From NCBI GenBank assembly GCA_014730235.1, contig WJIO01000370.1:1-13663 (forward strand): 13,663 bases of DNA, written 5' to 3'. Position numbers and translations under genes: made by a program. Shown here piece after piece: positions 7,357 through 13,663 of the stretch; positions within the stretch are counted from its first letter, which is position 1, and the number at the start of each line of letters is the position of its first letter. Below the pieces are notes generated by a model. That model ran no database searches. It had not been told where the DNA came from and saw only the letters and a list, made by a program, of their open reading frames with translations. This DNA is from Candidatus Poribacteria bacterium. Lineage in GTDB: Bacteria; Poribacteria; DTPJ01; WJIO01.

Positions 7357-7394
7357 TTCCCCTTCCCCAAAGGGGGATCAAGGGGATTTTTATT
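7357..7394 (+). terminator. GC-rich stem-loop (cccctt-cccc-aaa-gggg-gatc-aagggg) followed by ATTTTTATT. It is an intrinsic-terminator-like structure on the + strand, in the 5' leader region of the minus-strand Rieske operon.
   Basis: Read directly from the sequence. The nested stems are 6 bp and 4 bp, followed by a T-tract. No + strand gene ends here, so the function is uncertain. It could be a leader hairpin, an sRNA terminator, or an insulator against antisense transcription. Confidence 0.3.
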
Positions 7395-7442
7395 GAAGTT
7401 TATACTTTAGTATTTATTATCCGATTTATTAATCAATCTTCA

Positions 7443-7475
7443 TTAGTATAAAAAATTTATATATCGATTACAAGA
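7443..7475 (-). promoter_or_regulatory. Candidate sigma70-type promoter for the Rieske-EncFtn-encapsulin operon. On the minus strand it reads TTGTAA - 17 nt - TATACT.
   Basis: The reverse complement of 7441..7480 reads tttgttcTTGTAAtcgatatataaatttttTATACTaatg. The spacing and hexamers are consensus-like. Prediction by eye only. Confidence 0.25.
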
Positions 7476-7788
7476 ACAAACCACATTAAATCAGTTTTAT
7501 TTTATACGACCTATATATGCAAATGATATACCAAAAACTAAAAATACCCGTAAAAACAGGTTATAATTAATTTTGTAGGATTTTAGCACTTATATGTCTC
7601 TAATTATTTGAGTTATAATTTAGCAAATTTTGCTGTCAATATTTACCAAACAATTAATCAAAAGTGATTCTCCCGGATTTAGTGAAGTATTAACAGACCT
7701 GAGAATTCTAAAAATCTCTAAAACCAATTTTTATAAGAATTCAGCATAAAGAAACAGATGAAAAGGCTCAAAAAATATAGTTCCATGT

Positions 7789-7815
7789 CATTTCTACGAA
7801 GGCAGTAATGACAGC
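7789..7815 (+). repeat. Degenerate solo copy of the repeat-family hairpin (gtcatttctac-gaag-gcagtaatgac).
   Basis: It resembles the hairpin units of copies A, B and C (gtcattcctgc-gaaR-gcaggaatgac) with two stem mismatches. Confidence 0.35.
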
Positions 7816-7880
7816 CTGGTAACATTTTCATTTGCTCGTACCTCTTCAATCACTGCAACATCTGTTTTTAATTAATTTTA

Positions 7881-8010
7881 GTAATCGTTAAAAATGTGTT
7901 TAGAAAATACCTTTATAATGATGGTAAATTACAAAACTTGTCATTCCTGCGAAGGCAGGAATCCAGTAGATCCGCATAAAGACTGGATTTTTGCCTTCGC
8001 AGGAATGACA
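7881..8010 (+). repeat. Copy C of the MITE-like repeat, in the same orientation as copy A. It has the 5' TIR but lacks the 3' TIR. It contains an almost perfect 28-bp-arm palindrome (7939..7966 / 7982..8009) around a 15-nt loop.
   Basis: 7881..7965 matches copy A 2002..2093 except for a 7-nt indel (aaaaatg) and 3 substitutions. The arms gtcattcctgcgaaggcaggaatccagt and actggatttttgccttcgcaggaatgac are inverted complements with 2 mismatches. The loop sequence differs completely from copy A. Confidence 0.6.
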
Positions 8011-8060
8011 GCATAAAGAGGTTTCTTATCTTTACCACACCGAACTCGGAAGAACCAAAT
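8011..8060 (+). repeat. Direct repeat DR1 (about 48 nt). It is paired with DR2 at 8174..8222, with about 6 mismatches and 160 nt spacing.
   Basis: DR1 reads ataaagaGgtttcttatctttacCacacCgaacTcggaagaAccaAat and DR2 reads ataaagaAgtttcttatctttacTacacTgaacCcggaagaGccaTaaat. Both are read directly from the sequence. Confidence 0.5.
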
Positions 8061-8086
8061 TTATGATTGGATTTATTAACTTGCCG

Positions 8087-8130
8087 TTGACAAGGTCTTA
8101 ACAGCGTGTTATTCTGTTATTGCTTATAAT
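8087..8130 (+). promoter_or_regulatory. Candidate promoter for the alpha-2-macroglobulin gene. It has TTGACA (8087..8092), a 17-nt spacer and TATTCT (8110..8115). A perfect TATAAT lies at 8125..8130.
   Basis: Consensus-like hexamers read by eye, located between direct repeats DR1 and DR2 and 115-160 nt upstream of the ATG at 8246. Confidence 0.3.
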
Positions 8131-8173
8131 CCTTCATAAATAACTCACAAAAGTTAAGACAATAAATGGCTAA

Positions 8174-8222
8174 TAAAGAAGTTTCTTATCTTTACTACAC
8201 TGAACCCGGAAGAGCCATAAAT
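8174..8222 (+). repeat. Direct repeat DR2, the partner of DR1. It ends 9 nt before the GGGAGG SD of the A2M gene.
   Basis: See DR1. It overlaps the immediate 5' UTR of the A2M gene. Confidence 0.5.
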
Positions 8223-8245
8223 AATATTCAGGGAGGTACTTAAGA

Positions 8246-11200
8246 ATGGATCAGGACAAACAGCAATTATCAGAAGAGAATAGCAAAAAACCCAGGTTAA
8301 GCGTCGGGCTTTGGTTAGGTATAATTGCTGTATTACTGGCTGTTATCATTGCCGGTCTGGCCTATATCTGGGGAACACCGAGAGGCAAGATACCTGTTAC
8401 TATAGAAGACTTTGATCCTGAGGGTGAAATAACCAGAACCACAAATTTTACTGTGGAATTTTCACAGGATATGGTACCCGAAAATCAGGTAGATATACAG
8501 ATAGATAATTTACCCATTGAATTTTCACCGGAAATACCAGGTAAATTTCGATGGATAGCCAGAAATAAATTAAGATTTTTCCCTGAGATAACGTTAAAGC
8601 CATCAACTGAATATACAGCCAAAATCCTGCCTGAGATTTGCACAGTTGAGGGTATGTATCTGAAGGGTGACAGACGCTTTAGTTTTTATACTCAAAGATT
8701 TCGCGTCGATAATACATATTTTTCTTTTAATCTGGCCGATCCTGATGGTGACAAAATCAGAATTCTTGGCACAATTGAATTCAATTATGCTGTTAAAGCT
8801 GATGATTTAGCTGAAAATTTATCTCTGTCATTTGAAAATGGGCCTAAAATACCATATAAAGTCATAACTCCCGATTCTGGACTTGCCATTAAAATTGAAA
8901 CCGAATCCCTGGAACGGAACGAATCGGATAAAAACCTTCAGCTTAATATCTCCCAAAATTTAAAACCAATTGATGGAAATCTCGGTCTTTCCCAGGATTA
9001 TGTCCAGACCATAGTAATGAAAGCCAAAGAGGAATTAAAAGTTGAGGGTGTTTTTGCAGAACAAAGGGGTCAAAAAAGTTATATAAAAATAAGGTTTAGT
9101 TCCCCTGTATCTGTTGATATGGCAAAGCAGTTTATAACCCTTGAACCGAAAATGGAACATACAATTTCAACCAGCAGTTACAATTACGTGGAAATCAGTG
9201 GAAATTTTCAGGCTGGTAAAGGTTATACTGTAAATGTCAACAAAGGCATTATAGGTGTTGACGGCTCCCGGCTTAAAAGCGATTTCTCATCAAGGGTGGT
9301 AATGCAAAACCTGGAACCCAGTATAGGTTTTGTTGGCGATGGTATTTATCTTTCCAGGCAGGGAAATCTCAATATAGGTCTGTCAACTATAAATATCAAC
9401 GAAGTAGAAATAGAAATACAAAAGGTCTATGCTAATAACCTCATACACTTACTTCATACTAATACAGTAGAAAGAGATTATGGATGGTACAACCTTAATA
9501 ACCTGGGTAAGGTTGTAAATGAAAAAGAAATAAATATCGCATCCCGTCTTAACGAAGAAATTGTTACACCAATAAGTATGCGGGATTATCTAATGTCCGA
9601 AAGCAAAGGTATATTTGCTCTGATTGCTCGAAATGTTGAAAAACGTTGGCAATACAGCCGAAAGTGGGTAATGATTACGGATCTGGGTATAACCGTTAAA
9701 AATGCAGGTGGGGATTTCCTGATCTGGGTAAATTCCCTTTCATCCCTGGAGCCTGTGTCAAATGCTGAGATCACTTTATTAAGCCGTAATAACCAGATCA
9801 TGGGTACAAAATCAACAGATCAGGACGGCACAGCCGTTTTTAACTTATCTGAAAGCGTTATGGAGGAATTTGAACCATACCTGGTCACAGTCTCCCATGA
9901 AGGCGATCTGTCTTTTCTGGATATGGATCATCGAAGGGTAGACACCACAGACTATAATGTAGAAGGTAGACCCTACCTTCAGTATGGTTATGATGTCTTT
10001 ATATACGGAGATCGGGATATATACAGACCGGGAGAGACTGCCCATGTAGTGGCAGTTATTAGAGGAACAAAAACCTCAGTTCCCCCATCTTTTCCTCTTA
10101 AAATGGAAATCCTGGGCCCGGACAATCGCATATTTACCGAGTTGATGCAAAAGACCGGTGATGCAGGCGCATGTGAGTTTGATGTGGAATTTCCCAGCTA
10201 TGTAAAAACAGGGCGTTATACTGCCAGGGCTATTGTGGGTAAAGATAACGAAATTGGCCGGGGCTATTTCAGCGTGGAAGAATTCATGCCGGATCGTATT
10301 AAGGTTAAGGTAACCACCGATTCAGATTCCTATGAATTGGGGCAGGATGTCAAGGTAAATGTGGAAGCTGTTAATCTGTTCGGCCCTCCTGCCAGCGGCA
10401 GACAGCTGGAAGCCCGGGCAGAAATTATAAGCCATGATTTTTCTGTTCCTCAATGGAAGTCCTTCACATTCCGGGATTCCAGCAAAAGTTTTGATAAAAA
10501 GAGAATGGATCTGGGAAAGGCAACGCTGGATCAGAACGGAAAATATACATATAATATGAATATAAAGGACAATATCCAGCCTCCTTCATCCCTTCAGGCC
10601 AATATATCAGCTACGGTACTTGAACCCGGTGGGCGGGGGGTAACAGGTTATAAAACCGTTGATGTGCATCCCTACTCCCATTATGTAGGCATCAGGCGCA
10701 CAAAAGAAGGCTATGCGGATGTGGGCAAACCTGCTGAGATGGATTTTATTGCAGTTGATAAAAATGGTAAAGTTGCGCCGGGTAGACAATACGAGGTTTC
10801 ATGTTACCGGATAACATGGCATTCCATATTGCGGCGTGCAGGTCGCAGGGGTTACAGGTATGTATCAGAAAAACAGGAAAACCTTGTTAAATCCTTCCCC
10901 CTGCAATCAGGCGAAAGACCGACCAAATTCTCTTTTACTCCTGACGATTACGGTGAATACCGCGTAGCTATTAAAGACATTGAATCATCCGCTTCGGCGT
11001 CTATAAACTTCTACGCCTCCGGCTGGGGTTATGCTCCATGGGCAATGAATAAACCAGAAAGATTGGAGATCGATCTGGACAAAGAATCCTACAATGCGGG
11101 AGATACTGCCCAGGTGCAAATCCGATCCCCCTTTGCTGGTAAGCTTCTGCTTACAGTGGAAGGTGATAGGATACATCATCGCCAATCCGTTATTATGGAC

Positions 11201-13663
11201 GAAAACACAGCAAAGGTTTCAGTTCCCCTATCATCAAATTACAAACCCAATGCATACATAGTTGCAAGCGTCATCCGTTCCACCCGATCCCTTGAAAGAC
11301 ATGCGCCGGTAAGGGCCTTTGGTGTTGTGCCTTTGTCTATGAATAATGAGGAAAAAAGGCTTTCTATAACAATGAATACCCCTGCTGAAATGAGACCAAA
11401 AACATCCCTGGATGTATCCTTTACCGTAAAAGGTACTCAAACTAATAAAGCATATATAACCATAGCGGCAGTTGACGAGGGTATATGCCAGTTGACAGGA
11501 TTTGAAACCCCTGATCCTTTCAGCTTCTTCTATGGCAAAAAGCGTCTGGAGGTAAACTCTTATGACATATATTCCGCAGTTCTACCGGAAATCGAAAACG
11601 CCATGTCTGCATCAACAACCGCAGGGGATCAGGATACGTCCCGAAGGCGTGTGACACCAGTAAACATACAGCGCGTAAAACCTGTGGCTCTATGGTCAGG
11701 GATAATGGAAACCGACAGAAATGGTAAAGGTAGTGTGTCTTTTGATATACCACAATTCAACGGCAGCCTGCGTATTATGGCCGTGGCTTTTTCAGATGAC
11801 AGCTTCGGTTCTACCCGAAATGATGTAAAGGTATTTGATCCAATTGTCCTTACACCCACCTTTCCAAGGTTTATGGCCGGGGGTGACAGCATACAGATCC
11901 CTGTCAGTATATTTAATGGAACAGGCGTTACCGGGAATTTCTCAGTAACTTTGGGTTTCAGCGGCCCCATTGAAACTTTAAAGCCTGAATCCCATGTTTT
12001 ACAGCTTGAACCAAAGGCAGAAAAACAGGTATTTTTCCTTGCCAGGGCTGAAAACAGCATGGGTAAAATAACTTTCAACCTGTCCGCATCCGGCGGCGGA
12101 GAAAAATCAGAAATGAGTGTTGATCTGCCGCTGCGACCAGCCGCACCAGCCATAACTATAACAGGCAGCGGCGTGGTTAAACCCAATCAGGATACCACTT
12201 TAGAGATTCCCGGCGCCTGGATTCCTGACACAGCCGAATTTGAATTAACCCTTTCTTCATTCCCCGCAACCCAATTTTCCAGCAGTTTACAGTATTTGCT
12301 CAGGTATCCCTACGGATGCGCGGAACAGACTACATCAAAGCTTTTCCCACTGCTTTATTTTAATGACATGGCGAAGCTGGTGGAACCTGAGCTTTTCGGC
12401 ACAAAAAGCCCGGATTATTATATTATTGAAGGCATACAAAAATTAGGCAACATGCAAAATCCATCAGGCGATTTCTCCTTCTGGCCCAGAGGCAATTACA
12501 GCAATCCCTGGACCAGTATATATGTCTCCCACTTTTTGGTTGAAGCCAGAAAAGCTGGATATGAAGTGCCTGATCGGGTATATGATAATATGATAAATGC
12601 CCTTAAAGCCCATGCAAAATCATCTATCCGGGATTACTGGATGCAACAGGCAAAGGTATATGCCTGCTATGTTCTTGCCTTAGCCGGAAGGCCGGAAAAG
12701 AGCGTTATGCTTTATCTTAAAAACAATGAACTGGACGATATGTGGGATTACAGCCAGTTCCAGCTTGCCGGTGCTTTTGCTTTATCCGGGGATGCCAGAA
12801 CTGCCCGTTCCCTGATCCCCAATACAGCACAACCCAGGGAAATTGAAAGAGAAACCGGCAGAAACTTTAATTCATCCACCAGGGCCAGGGCTATCATGCT
12901 GGATGTGCTTTCGGAAGTAGATCCGGATCATCCATCTGTGCCAAAGCTGGTGAGAAGCCTTTCGGATGATGCAGCCAAAAATAATCGCTGGTATACTACC
13001 CAGGATAATGCCTTTGCATTTCTGGCTTTGGGTAAAATTATGCGTAAGCACGAAAAAGCCGATTACAAAGGAGAAGCCGTAATTAACGGTTCTCAATTGG
13101 CTGATTTTGACGAGGGTGATTATAAATTCAGCGGAAAAGACTGGGGTGGAAAGACAATCGACATAAGCATAGACGGACAGGGCACATGCTATTACTACTG
13201 GAAGGCATTCGGTGTTCCCACAACTCCTGATATTAAAGAATACGATCAGGAACTTGTAGTCCGGCGAAGGTATCTGGATAAAAACGGCAGAGAGATAAGA
13301 TATGACAATTTCCAGCAGGGGGATGTGGTTGTGGCTGAGATTAAGGCAAAAGCTGTTACAGAAGACCTTAATAACGTTGTCATTGCTGATCTTCTTCCCG
13401 CAGGACTTGAAATTGAGAACCCAAGACTGGGTTCCCGAGCGGGAATTCCCTGGATTCAGGATAAAGGAGTTAATCCCAGCTATATGGATATAAGGGATGA
13501 CCGGATGTTATTGTTTGTAGATTTACCAAGACAAAAAGAGCAGAAATTCTATTATGGTCTAAGGGCTGTGACTGTGGGAAATTTCGTCCTTCCACCAGTG
13601 GCCGGAGAAGCCATGTATGATCCCACCAAGATTTCTATAGCAAACAGCGGCAGGATTAAAGTA
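8246..13663 (+). CDS. Bacterial alpha-2-macroglobulin family protein (large MG-domain protease inhibitor). It is 3'-partial, with 1806 codons in the window. It has an N-terminal signal-anchor TM helix and an intact thioester motif.
   Basis: The open frame runs from the ATG at 8246 (SD GGGAGG at 8231..8236, in-frame TAA at 8222) to the window end with no stop; this was checked codon by codon over most of the length. The N-terminus MDQDKQQLSEENSKKPRLSVGLWLGIIAVLLAVIIAGLAYIW is a single TM helix. The thioester region LRYPYGCAEQTTSKLFPLL (CAEQ at 12317..12328) matches the A2M CxEQ motif. Bait-region-like AAVDEGICQ is present. Many repeated beta-sandwich MG-like segments occur. The C-terminal region contains LPAGLEIENPRL and GEAMYDP, typical of bacterial A2M (YfhM/ECAM-like). 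Confidence 0.9.
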   Translation, partial: MDQDKQQLSEENSKKPRLSVGLWLGIIAVLLAVIIAGLAYIWGTPRGKIPVTIEDFDPEGEITRTTNFTVEFSQDMVPENQVDIQIDNLPIEFSPEIPGKFRWIARNKLRFFPEITLKPSTEYTAKILPEICTVEGMYLKGDRRFSFYTQRFRVDNTYFSFNLADPDGDKIRILGTIEFNYAVKADDLAENLSLSFENGPKIPYKVITPDSGLAIKIETESLERNESDKNLQLNISQNLKPIDGNLGLSQDYVQTIVMKAKEELKVEGVFAEQRGQKSYIKIRFSSPVSVDMAKQFITLEPKMEHTISTSSYNYVEISGNFQAGKGYTVNVNKGIIGVDGSRLKSDFSSRVVMQNLEPSIGFVGDGIYLSRQGNLNIGLSTININEVEIEIQKVYANNLIHLLHTNTVERDYGWYNLNNLGKVVNEKEINIASRLNEEIVTPISMRDYLMSESKGIFALIARNVEKRWQYSRKWVMITDLGITVKNAGGDFLIWVNSLSSLEPVSNAEITLLSRNNQIMGTKSTDQDGTAVFNLSESVMEEFEPYLVTVSHEGDLSFLDMDHRRVDTTDYNVEGRPYLQYGYDVFIYGDRDIYRPGETAHVVAVIRGTKTSVPPSFPLKMEILGPDNRIFTELMQKTGDAGACEFDVEFPSYVKTGRYTARAIVGKDNEIGRGYFSVEEFMPDRIKVKVTTDSDSYELGQDVKVNVEAVNLFGPPASGRQLEARAEIISHDFSVPQWKSFTFRDSSKSFDKKRMDLGKATLDQNGKYTYNMNIKDNIQPPSSLQANISATVLEPGGRGVTGYKTVDVHPYSHYVGIRRTKEGYADVGKPAEMDFIAVDKNGKVAPGRQYEVSCYRITWHSILRRAGRRGYRYVSEKQENLVKSFPLQSGERPTKFSFTPDDYGEYRVAIKDIESSASASINFYASGWGYAPWAMNKPERLEIDLDKESYNAGDTAQVQIRSPFAGKLLLTVEGDRIHHRQSVIMDENTAKVSVPLSSNYKPNAYIVASVIRSTRSLERHAPVRAFGVVPLSMNNEEKRLSITMNTPAEMRPKTSLDVSFTVKGTQTNKAYITIAAVDEGICQLTGFETPDPFSFFYGKKRLEVNSYDIYSAVLPEIENAMSASTTAGDQDTSRRRVTPVNIQRVKPVALWSGIMETDRNGKGSVSFDIPQFNGSLRIMAVAFSDDSFGSTRNDVKVFDPIVLTPTFPRFMAGGDSIQIPVSIFNGTGVTGNFSVTLGFSGPIETLKPESHVLQLEPKAEKQVFFLARAENSMGKITFNLSASGGGEKSEMSVDLPLRPAAPAITITGSGVVKPNQDTTLEIPGAWIPDTAEFELTLSSFPATQFSSSLQYLLRYPYGCAEQTTSKLFPLLYFNDMAKLVEPELFGTKSPDYYIIEGIQKLGNMQNPSGDFSFWPRGNYSNPWTSIYVSHFLVEARKAGYEVPDRVYDNMINALKAHAKSSIRDYWMQQAKVYACYVLALAGRPEKSVMLYLKNNELDDMWDYSQFQLAGAFALSGDARTARSLIPNTAQPREIERETGRNFNSSTRARAIMLDVLSEVDPDHPSVPKLVRSLSDDAAKNNRWYTTQDNAFAFLALGKIMRKHEKADYKGEAVINGSQLADFDEGDYKFSGKDWGGKTIDISIDGQGTCYYYWKAFGVPTTPDIKEYDQELVVRRRYLDKNGREIRYDNFQQGDVVVAEIKAKAVTEDLNNVVIADLLPAGLEIENPRLGSRAGIPWIQDKGVNPSYMDIRDDRMLLFVDLPRQKEQKFYYGLRAVTVGNFVLPPVAGEAMYDPTKISIANSGRIKV

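Noticed and set aside
5052-7410. Small + strand ORFs (63-114 aa) overlapping the encapsulin, EncFtn and Rieske-FAD genes
   Set aside because: They are antisense shadow ORFs within confidently assigned CDSs.
7463-7471. atcgattac, resembling the repeat's 3' TIR (aacgattac)
   Set aside because: Only a 9-mer with a mismatch and no matching internal repeat sequence nearby. It is probably coincidental, and it overlaps the candidate promoter.
7881-8222. Possibility that the repeats are CRISPR or an integron attC array
   Set aside because: There is no regular repeat-spacer periodicity and no cas genes. The element ends (gtaatcg...cgattac) do not resemble attC core sites GTTRRRY/RYYYAAC. The TSD-flanked copy A points to a transposon-derived MITE instead.
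9586-13096. Several 60-185-aa minus-strand ORFs (including 11629..12186, 185 aa)
   Set aside because: All are antisense to the continuous A2M reading frame, which has clear family motifs. Their protein sequences are low complexity with no start signals.

Overview
This window appears to come from a low-GC bacterium with strong Shine-Dalgarno sites (AGGAGG-type). All gene calls rest on motifs read directly from the six-frame translation; no database search was possible.

The minus strand carries three tightly packed isoprenoid/carotenoid operons:
- Phytoene synthase (crtB, 5' end only; the gene continues past position 1) is translationally coupled by an ATGA overlap to a CrtI-type phytoene desaturase that uses a TTG start.
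- A type-2 IPP isomerase (idi-2/fni) is coupled by an ATGA overlap to a UbiA/MenA-superfamily membrane prenyltransferase.
- A Rieske [2Fe-2S]-ferredoxin-reductase (FAD/NAD) fusion flavoprotein precedes an encapsulated ferritin-like cargo (EncFtn) and a family-1 encapsulin shell protein, with 14-nt and 1-nt intergenic gaps.

A 944-bp AT-rich non-coding region separates these from a divergently transcribed, very large (>1806 aa, 3'-truncated) bacterial alpha-2-macroglobulin-family gene. It has an intact CxEQ thioester motif and an N-terminal signal-anchor helix.

A family of about 90-170-bp hairpin-rich repeats is scattered through the intergenic regions. One copy (2002..2172) is a complete MITE-like element with 14-bp terminal inverted repeats and a perfect TTGATT target-site duplication. 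A truncated inverted copy (4263..4354) and a third copy (7881..8010) also occur, so copies A and B flank the idi-prenyltransferase cassette in inverted orientation.

The most interesting feature is the conserved-looking three-gene unit of Rieske-FAD oxidoreductase, EncFtn and encapsulin. It suggests a dedicated NAD(P)H-driven redox partner for an encapsulin iron-storage nanocompartment. No CRISPR arrays, tRNA or rRNA genes were seen.
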